Positions 38,943-50,535 of a stretch of DNA of 64,000 nucleotides are shown here, in pieces (positions within the stretch are counted from its first letter, which is position 1; every line of letters begins with the position of its first letter). The notes under the pieces were generated by a model that did not search any database, was not told the DNA's origin, and saw only the letters and a program-made list of their open reading frames with translations. Location: contig NC_086097.1 in assembly GCF_963921235.1 (NCBI RefSeq), positions 156,428,001 through 156,492,000 on the forward strand, written 5' to 3'. The stretch is from Mobula hypostoma. Lineage: Eukaryota. The translations under genes were made by a program, and so were the position numbers.

Positions 38943-40645
38943 ATAATCTTCCAGAAATAGTACGGGACAGAGGGTCCAGTGAGATGGAGGAACTGAGTGA
39001 AATACATGTTAGTAGGGAAATGGTGTTAGGTAAATTGAAGGGATTGAAGGCAGATAAATCCCCAGGGCCAGATGGTCTGCATCCTAGAGTGCTTAAGGAA
39101 AGTAGCCCAAGAAATAGTGGATGCATTAGTGATAATTTTTCAAAACTCGTTAGATTCTGGACTAGTTCCTGAGGATTGGAGGGTGGCTAATGTAACCCCA
39201 CTTTTTAAAAAAGGAGGGAGAGAGAAACCGGGGAATTATAGACTGGTTAGCCTAATGTCGGTGGTGGGGAAACTGCTGGAGTCAGTTATCAAAGATGTGA
39301 TAACAGCACATTTGGAAAGCGGTGAAATGATCGGACAAAGTCAGCATGGATTTGTGAAAGGAAAATCATGTCTGACGAATCTCATAGAATTTTTTGAGGA
39401 TGTAACTAGCAGAGTGGATAGGGGAGAACCAGTGGATGTGGTATATTTGGATTTTCAAAAGGCTTTTCACAAGGTCCCACACAGGAGATTAGTGTGCAAA
39501 CTTAAAGCACACGGTATTGGGGGTAAGGTATTGATGTGGATGGAGAATTGGTTAGCAGACAGGAAGCAAAGAGTGGGAATAAACGGGACCTTTTCAGAAT
39601 GGCAGGCGGTGACTAGTGGGGTACCGCAAGGCTCAGTGCTGGGACCCCAGTTGTTTACAATATATATTAATGACTTGGATGAGGGAATTAAATGCAGTAT
39701 CTCCAAGTTTGCGGATGACACGAAGCTGGGCGGCAGTGTTGGCAGTGAGGAGGATGCTAAGAGGATGCAGGGTGACTTGGATAGGTTGGGTGAGTGGGCA
39801 AACTCATGGCAGATGCAATTTAATGTGGATAAATGTGAAGTTATCCACTTTGGTGGCAAAAATAGGAAAACAGATTATTATCTGAGTGGTGGCCGATTAG
39901 GAAAAGGGGAGGTGCAACAAGACCTGGGTGTCATTATACACCAGTCATTGAAAGTGGGCATGCAGGTACAGCAGGCGGTGAAAAAGGCGAATGGTATGCT
40001 GGCATTTATAGCGAGAGGATTCAAGTACAGGAGCAGGGAGGTACTACTGCAGTTGTACAAGGCCTTGGTGAGACCACACCTGGAGTATTGTGTGCAGTTT
40101 TGGTCCCCTAATCTGAGGAAAGACATCTTTGCCATAGAGGGAGTACAAAGAAGGTTCACCAGATTGATTCCTGGGATGGCAGGACTTTCATATGAAGAAA
40201 GACTGGATGAACTGGGCTTGTACTCGTTAGAATTTAGAAGATTGAGGGGGGATCTGATTGAAACGTATAAGATCCTAAAGGGATTGGACAGGCTAGATGC
40301 AGGAAGATTGTTCCAGATGTTGGGGAAGTCCAGAACGAGGGGTCACAGTTTGAGGATAGAGGGGAAGCCTTTTAGAACCGAGATTAGGAAAAACTTCTTC
40401 ACACAGAGAGTGGTGAATCTGTGGAATTCTCTGCCACAGGAAACTGTTGAGGCCAGTTCATTGGCTATATTTAAGAGGGAGTTAGATATGGCCCTTGTGG
40501 CTACAGGGGTCAGGGGGTATGGAGGGAAGGCTGCGGCGGGGTTCTGAGTTGGATGATCAGCCATGATCATAATAAATGGCGGTGCAGGCTCGAAGGGCCG
40601 AATGGCCTACTCCTGCACCTATTTTCTATGTTTCTATGTTTCTAT
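38943..40645 (+). mobile_element. Young CR1 LINE, 5'-truncated, with a 491-aa open RT region; same subfamily as 8708-10826
   Basis: ORF 39072-40547 with complete RT motifs; (TTTCTATG)n tail; near-identical to the reverse complement of ~8720-10400. Confidence 0.97.
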
Positions 40646-40942
40646 AATATAGATATAAAGTCCAGTTACTTCAAAGCATTTATATTTCCTAGAGAACTAT
40701 GAGAATAGAAATGCTCTTGAAGGCCCATGTGGAAAACTTGATTCTACCTTGCCTTGGTTTGCTTCCCTTCTGTTCTGATCTGTTCTGCCTATCCAAAATG
40801 GATAAACTCAACCCACACTACCTGACGCACTGCAGCACAATTCATACTTCCAGTGCAAGTTTGGGTTCAAGTCTGCATGGGGGGTTGGTAACAAAATCCA
40901 AATTAATGTGTTTCTTTTGACAAGGTAATGCAATCTTGTACA

Positions 40943-42455
40943 CATTCAAAGTTCAAAGTAAATTTATTATCTAAGTATGTCAATGTCACCATATTAAACT
41001 CTGAAGTTCATATTCTTGCGAGGATACTCAAGGAATCCGTAATAGCATCAATGAGAGACCACACCAACTTCTGCGATCAACCACTGTGCAAAAGACATAA
41101 AATTGTGCAAATACAAAAAGAAAGAAATAATAGTATTTAATAAGTAATCAATAAATATGAAGGACATGGGATGAAGAGTCCTTGAAAGTGAGCTTGTAGA
41201 TTGTGGAAGCATTATTGGAAAATGTAAACGCATACATTGTATTTTCTATGTATTACAGTATTTACAATATTTACTCAACAGTATTTCAGTATTCACTCAA
41301 ATGCACACATTATATTTTCTATATTTACTATGTAACCACTGCTAGCTGAATAGAGGGTATTCACTATGTAGCCATGACTTTTGACCTAATCACTATTAAT
41401 TCATGAAGAGAACTAGAATGAAACCAAGTAGGAAGATAACGGTGGCGAGTAAGGTAATGAAATATGTGGCAGTATGTCAAAACAAGACCAATTAAGAAAT
41501 AACTGTGGTTAGGGATGAGGGGACACCTGGTCTAAAAAAAGTAAACTAGGACATAATTAAATTGGGGAGTAAAACAACAGTGGAAGGTCGAGAGCGGATG
41601 TATTGATGATATGTGATCACAGGCCGTCTGGATATGATAATGTAGCTAAGATAGGAGATTGCTATAAAAAATGCTGTGTACAAGCCTCGATGGGCAGTCA
41701 GCTACTAGCTTTCTGATTGTCTCAGCTTTGATTTGCAAATTAAAGTTTAGAACGTCTTGAAGGATTTTCTGCGTCTCCTTGTTGTTCGTAAGAAACGAGA
41801 AACCATGACAGCATTTCAGGGATGGGGCAAGTGAGGTCAAGTTAATTTATCCCCTTTGGTTCAAGAGCCTGGTGGTTCAGGGGTAGTAACTCTTCAAGAA
41901 ACTGGTGGGCTGAATCCTGAGGCTTACATAACTTCTTCCTGATAGCAGCAGTGAGAAGAGAGCATGAGCTGGGCGGTGCAGGTCACTGACTCTGGGTATT
42001 GCTTTCCTGCAACAGCACTCCGTGTAGATCCACTCAATGGTAGGTGGGGGGGGGGGGGCTTTACCCATGATGGACTGGGCTGTTTCCACTACTTTTCGTA
42101 GAATTTTCCATTGAAGGGCATTGGAGTTTCCATACCAGGCTGTGAAGTAGCCAGTCAATATATAGAAGTATGTCAAAGTTTTAGATGCCATACTAAATCT
42201 TCAGGAATTCCTAAGGAAGTTGAGGTGCTACTGTGCTTTCTTCATAAGGCACTTAAATGCTTGGCCCCTGAAATCAGAACAGTGTGGAATTTAAAGTTGC
42301 TGACACTCTGCAATCTGATCCTCTGATAAGAACTGGCTCAAAGACCTTTGGTTTCCACCTCCTGAAGTCAACAATCAGCTTATTCGTCTAGCTGACAGTG
42401 AATAAGACTGTTGTTGTGGCGCCTCTCAGCCAGATTTTCATTCTGCCACCTATGA
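40943..42455 (-). mobile_element. Rex1/Babar 3' part, split by a solo LTR and a CR1 (resumes ~45184-45240)
   Basis: ORF 41877-42191 (TAWYGN..LFSLLLSGR..FLKSYYP); actttgaa tail; the VDDSTVI-like piece follows the CR1 tail. Confidence 0.85.
41213..41810 (+). mobile_element. Solo LTR, unclassified family
   Basis: GCAT duplication at 41209-41212 and 41811-41814; ends ..ACA; starts TA (possibly mutated TG); TATAAAA at ~41663 and ATTAAA at ~41739; host Rex1 UTR rejoins seamlessly. Confidence 0.7.
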
Positions 42456-43179
42456 GGTGGAGGCATTAGTAATGATCTTTCAAGAATCGGGAATAGTTCT
42501 GGATAACTGGAAAACTGCAAATGTCACACCACTCTTCAAGAAGGGAAAGAAGCAGAAGAAAGGAAACTTTTGGCCAGTTATTCTGTCCTCAATGATTGAA
42601 AAGATGTTGGAGTTGATTGTTAAGTATGAGGTCTCAGGGTTCCTGGAGGCACATGATAAAATAGGGTTCCTCAATGAAAAATCTTGCCTGACAAACTTAT
42701 TTGAATCGTTTGAAGAAATAACAAACAGGATAGACAAATGAGAAAGGCTTTGACGAGGCACCACACATGAGGCTGCTTAACAAGCTATGAGCCTATGGTA
42801 TTGCAGGGAAGATTCTAGAATGGATAAAGCAGTGGCTGATCAGCAGGAGGCAAAGCGTGGGAATAAAGGGAGCTTTTTCTGTTTGGCTGCCGGTTGCTAG
42901 AGGTGTTCCACAGGGCCTGTGTTGGACTGGTTCTTTTTATTTTATATGTTAACAATTTGGATGGTGGAATTGATGGCTTTGTTGCAAAGCTTGCAGATGA
43001 TATGATGGTAGGTGGAGGAGGAAGTAGTTTTGAGGAAATAGAGATGCTATAGAAGGAGAATGGGCAAAGAAATGGCAGATGGAATACAGTGAAAGGAAGA
43101 GTATGGTTATGCACTTTGGTAGAAGAAATGAAAGGGTTGATCAGTTTATTAATGGAGCGAAAATACAGAAAACTGATAT

Positions 43180-44460
43180 AGAAACCATAGAAACCATAGA
43201 AACTACAGCACAGAAACAGGCCTTTTGGCCCTTCTTGGCTGTGCCGAACCATTTTCTGCCTAGTCCCACTGACCTGCACACGGACCATATCCCTCCATAC
43301 ACCTCCCATCCATGTATCTGTCCAATTTATTCTTAAATGTTACAAAAGAACCCGCATTTACCACCTCGTCTGGCAGCTCATTCCATACTCCCACCACTCT
43401 CTGTGTGAAGAAGCCCCCCCTAATATTCCCTTTAAACTTTTCCCCCCTCACCCTTAACCCATGTCCTCTGGTTTTTTTCTCCCCTTGCCTCAGTGGAAAA
43501 AGCCTGCTTGCATTCACTCTATCTATACCTATCATAATTTTATATACCTCTATCAAATCTCCCCTCATTCTTCTACGCTCCAGGGAATAAAGTCCTAACC
43601 TATTCAACCTTTCTCTGTAACTGAGTTTCTCAAGTCCTGGCAACATCCTTGTAAACCTTCTCTGCACTCTTTCAACCTTATTTATATCAAGTCCCGGCAA
43701 CATCCTTGTAAACCTTCTCTGCACTCTTTCAACCTTATTTATATCCTTCCTGTAATTTGGTGACCAAAACTGAACACAATACTCCAGATTCGGCCTCACC
43801 AATGCCTTATACAACCTCATCATAACATTCCAGCTCTTATACTCAATACTTCGATTAATAAAGGCCAATGTACCAAAAGCTCTCTTTACGACCCTATCTA
43901 CCTGTGACAACACTTTTAGGGAATTTTGTATCTGTATTCCCAGATCCCTCTGTTCCACTGCACTCCTCAGTGCTTTACCATTAACCCTGTATGTTCTACG
44001 TTGGTTTGTCCTTCCAACGTGCAATACCTCACACTTGTCAGTATTAAACTCCATCTGCCATTTTTCAGCCCATTTTTCCAGATGGTCCAAGTCCCTCTGC
44101 AGGCTCTGAAAACCTTCCTCACTGTCTACTACACCTCCAACCTTTGTATCATCAGCAAACTTGCTGATCCAATTTACCACATTATCATCCAGATCATTGA
44201 TATAGATGACAAATATCAATGGACCCAGCACTGATCCCTGTGGCACACCACTAGTCACAGGCCTCCACTCAGAGAAGCAATTCTCTACCACCACTCTCTG
44301 GCTTCTTCCATCGAGCCAATGTCTAATCCAATTTACCACCTCTCCATGTATACCTAGCGACTGAATTTTCCTAACTAACCTCCCATGCGGGACCTTGTCA
44401 AAGGCCTTACTGAAGTCCATGTAGACAATATCCACTTTCCTGGTAACCTCCTCAAAAAAC
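43180..44460 (-). mobile_element. Young CR1 (different subfamily), open RT ORF 43260-44435
   Basis: YMDFSKAFDKV, VPQGSVLGP, FADD; (TTTCTATGG)n tail; TAT duplication at 43177-43179 and 44461-44463. Confidence 0.96.
43631..43744. repeat. 57-bp in-frame tandem duplication within the CR1 RT
   Basis: DINKVERVQRRFTRMLPGL x2; the units differ by one base. Confidence 0.97.
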
Positions 44461-45507
44461 TATGCAAAGGGACTTGGTAGTCCTCCTGCAGGATTCCGTA
44501 CAGGTTAATTTGCAGGCTGAGTCTGTGGTGAGGAAGGTAAATGCAATGTCAGCTTTCATTTCAAGTGGACTAGAATATAAAAGCAAAGAAGTAATCTTGA
44601 GACTTTATACAGCACTGGTGAGGTCTCACTTGAAGTATTGTGAGCAGTTTTGGACTCCTTATCTTAGAAAGGATGTGCTGAAATTGGAGAGGGTTCACAA
44701 GGAGATTCACAAAAATGATTCCAGGATTGAAAGACTCCTCATATGAAGAGCGTCTGATGGCTCTGGGCCTATATTCACTAGAATTCATAAGAAGGAGGGG
44801 TGACCTCAAATGGTGAAAGGCCTTGACAGAGTAGATATGGAGAGGATGTTTCCTATGGTGGGAGAGTCTAAGACCAGAGGACATAGCCTCAGAATAGAGG
44901 GATGTCCTTTTAGAACAGAGATGAGGAGGAATTTGGAATTTCTTTAGCCAGAGAGTGGTGAATCTGTGGAATTCTTTGCCATAGGCAGTTGTGGATTTCA
45001 AGCCGTATATTTAAGGCAGAAGCTGATAGATTTTTGATTGGTCAGGGTATGAAGGGATATGGGGAGAAGGTAGGAGATTGGGGCTGAGAGGAAAATTGCA
45101 TCAGACATGATAAAGCGGTGGAACAGACTCAATGGATTAAATGGGCTAATTCTACTCCTATATCTTATGGTCTTATGGTCTAAAATGTTGGTTCATCATT
45201 ACCTTTGATTCAGTCAATTACAGTGCTGTCATCAACAACAGGCTGCTAAGAAGATATACAGATATACTTATTTGTGGCAACAGCAATATTTTCTGTTTCA
45301 AAATCCTGTCAAATAATCACAGCAATTAGAGTTTGAACTGATGAAAAGCCTACAATGGATTTGAATCAAAAGTCATAATACTGCGGTTTACTTCATGCAT
45401 ACAAAATATGAGCAAATAATCAAATTAAAAATTTGTAGAAAAGGTTCCCAGTTTATCATTTTTTTCACTGGATTGAATCAAATGTTCATAATATTATAAA
45501 AACAATA

Positions 45508-48449
45508 TGGGTTGAGAACCCCTATCTGAAATGTTTGGGAGGTGATACAGATTTTTTTGGATTTTGGAATATTTGCATCTATATATTGAGATAGCTTGTG
45601 CATGGGACCCAAATCAAAACACAAAATCCATTTACATTGCATATAAAGCTTATATATATTTCAGGGTATATACATCGCCATCAATCCAGACTCTGAATTT
45701 GTGTGTGACTGGTAAGCAGTCTCTGTCTTACAGTTGTTCATCACACATATATACTTAACAGTAAAAATTATACTCAAACACGGGTTATCAGGAGGAGATG
45801 AAATTCAGAATCAGAATTAAATCAAGCTAAACATCAATGGCATATGTCATAAAATGTGTTGTTTTTGCCACAGCAGCGCAATGCATTACTGTTCCTGAAT
45901 CACTGAGTGTGTGCCTTCAGGATCCTGTACCTCCTTCCTGATTGTAGTAATGAGAGCAGAGCATGTCCAGGGTGAATGGGGTCTTTAATGATGGATGACA
46001 TCTTTTTGAAGCATCACTCCTTGAAGATGTCCTGGATGCTATGGAGGCTAGTGCCCAAGATGGAGCTGACTGAGTTCACAACTTTATGGAACTTCTTTTG
46101 CTCTGGATAAGTAGTCCCCACCCCCCAAACCAGATGGTGATGCAGCCAGTCAGAATGCTCTCCATGGTACATCGGTAGAAATTTGTGACATGCCAAATCT
46201 CCTTAAACTCTGAATGAAATACACCCACCATTGTGCTTTCTCTAACAGCATCGATATGTTGGGCCCTGGATAGATCCTCAGAGAAGTTGTCACCCAGGGA
46301 CTTGAAATTGCTCACCCTTTCCACTCCTGACCGCTCTGTGAGGACTGGTTTGTATTCCCTTGCTGAAGTCCACAGTCATTTTTCTTTGGTCTTACTGATA
46401 CTGAGTGCATGGCGACACTACTCACCAAGCTGAGTATATCTCGCTCCTGTATGCCTTCTCGTCACCATCTCAAATTCTGCCAACAATAGTTATGTCATCA
46501 GCAAATCTATAGATGTCATTTGAGCTGTGCCTAGCCACACAGTTGTGTGTGTAGGAATGTAAATATTAGTATTGCCCAGTTGATTCAAAGCCGCACGAAG
46601 AGACAATGAGATCGCATCCTCTGTAAACCTACTGTTGTGATAGGCAAATTACAATGGGTCCAGATCCTTGCTGAGTCAGGAGTTTATTCTAGCTGAAATC
46701 AACCTCTCAAAACACTTCATCACTTCCGACATGTGTGCAGCTGGAAGATAGTCGTTACGGCAGCTCACTCTGCTCTTCTTGGGCACTGGTATGATTGTTG
46801 CCCTTTTGAAGCAGGCGGGAACTTCTGACTGTGGCAAAGAGAGACTGAAAATGTCTTTGAATACTCTGCCAGTTGATTGGCACAGGTTATCAGAGCCCCA
46901 CCAGGCGCTCCATCACCTTGCGAGGTCTCACCCTGTTGAAAGACAGTCTGATGTCAGCCTCCGAGACAGAGGTAACAGGGTCAAGAGTTGCTGCAGCAAT
47001 TTTCATAGCTGTAGTTTTATTCTCCCTTTCAAATCATGCATAAAAGACTTTGAGCTCATCTGGTAGTGAAGCGTCACTGCCATTCATGATGTTAATTTCG
47101 CTTTGTAGGAAGTAATGGCCTGCAAACCCTGCCAGTGTTGACGTGCATCTAATTCCGTCTCCAACCTCATTCACAATTGTTTCTTTGTTCTTGAGGTAGC
47201 CCTCCGTAAGTCATACCTGGCCTTCTTGCATAGTCCTGGGTTTCCAGACTTGAATGCCACAGATCTAGCCCTCAGCAGACAATGAATCCTCTGGTTCATC
47301 CACAGCTTTTGATTTGGGTGTGTACAGTATGTTCTCATAGGCACACATTCATCCACAAAGGTTTTAATAACGTCAGTGACAACTGTGGCGTACTCATTCA
47401 GATTCAAAGATGAATGCCTAAATACAGTCCAATCCACTGACTCAAAGCAGTCCTGTAAGTGCTCCTGCACCTCCAGTGTCCGTACCTTCTTTGTCCTCAC
47501 CACTGCTGCTGGGGTCTTCCGTTTCCACCTATATTCAGGAATTAGAAGTACAGCCAGGTGATCAAACTTCCCAAAGTGTGGGCTTAGATGGTATAGTTAT
47601 CTCTCTTGATTATCACCTAACAGTTGTCCAAACATGTCTGGTTGTACAAGTAATATGTTGGTAATAATTTGAGATTTTTCAAGCTGCCCTGGTTAAGATC
47701 CCCCAAAATGATGGTGAAGGCCACTCAGCTCATCTAGAACCTGTTTGACATGGGCCTGAGGTGGGATATACACCACACCAAGATGATGGCTGAAAACTCC
47801 TGTGGCAGATAAAATGGACCACACTTGACCACAAGATGGCAGGGGACAGCCAAGTCTCCATAAAACAAAAAATGCAACAGCTTTTAATGTACCTCTCATA
47901 GAACAATCTTGCTCTGAGATCTTCGATTATACTTAACGGAGACTGTACATTTGCCAGTAGGTTAGTTGGTATTGATAGCAGAAAACCATGCTTCCTTCAG
48001 TGAACTTTGAAACCAGCATGGCATCCTCTCTTCCACTGCCTTAAAGGGGAATTGCACCAGCAACCGGAGTCAATTCAAGTTTCGTCAACTTTGAGTCACA
48101 ATAATTTTTTAATTGCCTTAAAGCGATGTTATTAACTGTAAGATCTACGGATGCAGCTGTGCTTTTCAGCTGTAGCAGTTAAAAGCTGATTTCTGTTGGA
48201 GCTATTCACATGAATCACCTTCTTGATGGCACCCCAGAAGTGAAATTCAGCTTTCATGTAAAAATAATGCGTTTTTTGTGAGGTGACTTTTCAAAACGGT
48301 CTGTGGTGCACAGACACTTGTGCATCACCTGAGAACATTCCCAGTGTCTTTGGAATTTTCTATTTGTGGCATCAGGAGAGAGCTTAAATTTGTTTTGGAT
48401 TTCAGAGGTTTTCAGCTTTTGGATTTTTGGATAGGAAGTGTTCAACCTG
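45508..48449. mobile_element. Tigger/pogo-type non-autonomous DNA transposon (MER46/Tigger4-like TIR), split by Rex1
   Basis: ta|tgggttgagaaccccta.. and ..taggaagtgttcaacctg|ta termini; ggatttt-rich subterminal motifs. Confidence 0.7.
45809..48240 (-). mobile_element. Rex1/Babar LINE, full extent, decayed
   Basis: TGAAATTCAG direct repeat at 45799-45808 and 48241-48250; LQDCFESVDW, VVYIPPQA, ERVSNFK motifs; (CTGATT)n tail. Confidence 0.9.
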
Positions 48450-48550
48450 TAATATGCTCTTTAATGAAATGTATCTCATGCAGCACTTTTACAGAAAAAT
48501 ACTCATAATGTGACGCAACTTTGGTTATGTAAGAAGTATCCTGTCACTTA

Positions 48551-49414
48551 TGTTATGTACCCCGTAACTGGGTTGCCAAACCAGCAGAAATGGATCACTC
48601 AGTTGGAGTCTGGAGTACTAGAACTAAGAAAGTTTTATTAAAGAAACAAGCAACACAGTAATCGAAAGGATAATAAATGCAACAGTTCAGCAATGATAAA
48701 CACACATGTGCACAGAATTAAGATAACAGCATCAATCAAGCTCTATCGTTGTCTAGGGGTAAATGACCAATTTCAAAGTGACACAAAAGTCCAGTTCAGT
48801 TTAGTTCAGTTCTCAGCAATCGTTGCCATGGCGATGGACAACGTGGGGGGAGAGAGAGAGAGAGAACGAGAATGACTGATCATTCAGAAACGGCTTCCAC
48901 TCACAGACTGGCGATATTGCTCACAAGCAGCTTTCGGGCGGGTCCTTTGTGATGTCACCTGAGGTCACCGACTGTGACCCCTCCTCCAGATGCGGTCGAT
49001 CCTCTGCAGTGAACCCGGCACCCAAGCGAGGGTGGACACACACCGGGTTCCCGCTGATTGTACCTTTCTACCCTGTGCGTTTAAGGTCCGATACTTCCCA
49101 CCAACTCGTGAGAGGTGCACCGCTTCCAGGGTCTCGTTACCTCGGGTGTCGTGTGTGTGTCCTGCCTTAGCGAACCTGTCCCTTTTTATCCCCCTGCTGG
49201 GGTATCGCCTGTCCATCACTTCAAACAGTTCAGGGTTCAAAGGGGGAGCCGCTCCAGACAGCTCTCTGTCCCGTCCCTTCATTACACATCTCCAGATGCT
49301 GCTTCATTGTTCCTTATCTCTCCTTCCCCTGAGGACAGGTGGCAGACCACTGCTGATGCCACTGATGCTAGCCCAGGCCAGCAAACATCTTAATTTATGT
49401 GTATTCTCGTCACA
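48551..49414 (-). repeat. 3' LTR (864 bp)
   Basis: Direct repeat of 52504-53370; minus-strand GATAAAAA at ~49185-49192 and AATAAA at ~48634-48639. Confidence 0.97.
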
Positions 49415-49426
49415 CTTCCCCCCTTT
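49415..49426 (-). promoter_or_regulatory. Polypurine tract
   Basis: AAAGGGGGGAAG immediately before the TGTG start of the 3' LTR. Confidence 0.9.
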
Positions 49427-49539
49427 AAGGATTTTTACCGGGAGGTAAAAATTACAAACATGAATACATTATTTGATACACACACAAATATACATCTTTA
49501 TCAGCTATTTGGCTAACACAGCGAGTTTGAAGTTGTCAA

Positions 49540-50535
49540 CACCTTGACAGACAGTCATCACATTTTCTGTTCCTTTTATATGTGTTATTAATAATCCCTT
49601 AGACCAGGCTCCAACTCAGCAAACTTCATAGTGGCTAAAAACACTGATGAATTGCAATCAATGTAACCTCTCATTTGGTTTCGTCCCGGACCACAATAAC
49701 AAGGGTCGTCCCATTCCGACTCAGTTTTCTCTCACAAGGGCTTAGTAGGAGGGGGAGGGGTAGTGACCGCAGAGTTATTGCAAAACTTCCTACAGTACCC
49801 CACCATCTCCAAGAGCCTTCTGAGGGCCCTCTTGTCTGTCGGGGTTGGGAGGTCAGCGATAGCCTGCACTGTAGCTTGCATCGCTGCCAGCTGCCCCTGT
49901 GTCACCACAATTCCCAGGTAAGTGACCCTCGCGTGGCCGAATTCATTTTTTTCAAGGTTCACTATCAAGCTGGCTTCAGACAGCCGTATTAAATTGCCAA
50001 TACACACCTCTGTGTTCGTCAGCCCTTTAGTCACTGAATTACTCATTATATATGGATGTTGTTTACTAGGCTCCCCTATTGTAACAGACATCACCCAACG
50101 TCCCAGTTCTTTACATTGCCTCGGGACAATCAAACACACGGGTGCGAGTCGTTTAATTACTTTTTCTAAAGAGCCGCTTTGTTCGGGGATTAAAGGAGAG
50201 ACCTTATCAGTAGACCTGGCCAAAACAATAGCCTTCTCCCATCTGATCGATCCCATACTAATCTTTTCAAAATGTTTTTTTTCTCTTATCAGGGGGCCCC
50301 TAGCTTCATTGATTTCCATGCTAACACCGACTAGGTTTGTTAGCTTATCAAAAGCCTGTGATCGTCTCAGTTCGCGTCGGTCATGATCAATAACATCCTT
50401 CCCCCTGGGCAGCCGGTAAACCTCTTTCATGATTCCACCAACTGTTTCCTCCAGCACCGCAAAATGTCCACCGGGGGGTACCTCATGGGCCATGTTAAAA
50501 ACCTCATCCCCATAACTCTTTTGCACCACCCCCAC
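49540..50535 (-). pseudogene. Deleted pol: integrase N-terminal piece, RT scraps, RT thumb, RNaseH C-terminus
   Basis: AHEVPPGGHF (IN zinc-binding His pair); QHPY; GLTNTEVCIGNL at the YxDD position; LIVNLEKNEFGHARVTYLG..ALRRLLEMVGYCRKF; LLSWSLV..HIKGTENV..DCLSRC. Confidence 0.8.

Larger units (their letters stand above)
42456..45182 (+). mobile_element. CR1 LINE, decayed, split by an inner CR1
   Basis: NVTPLFKKG, KSCLTNL, QRDL, LVRSHLKYC; tcttatggtcttatggtc tail. Confidence 0.92.

Noticed and set aside
48949..49448. ORFs within the LTR, repeated at 52905-53419
   Set aside because: The duplication only reflects LTR identity; GC-rich sequence gives ORFs in several frames.
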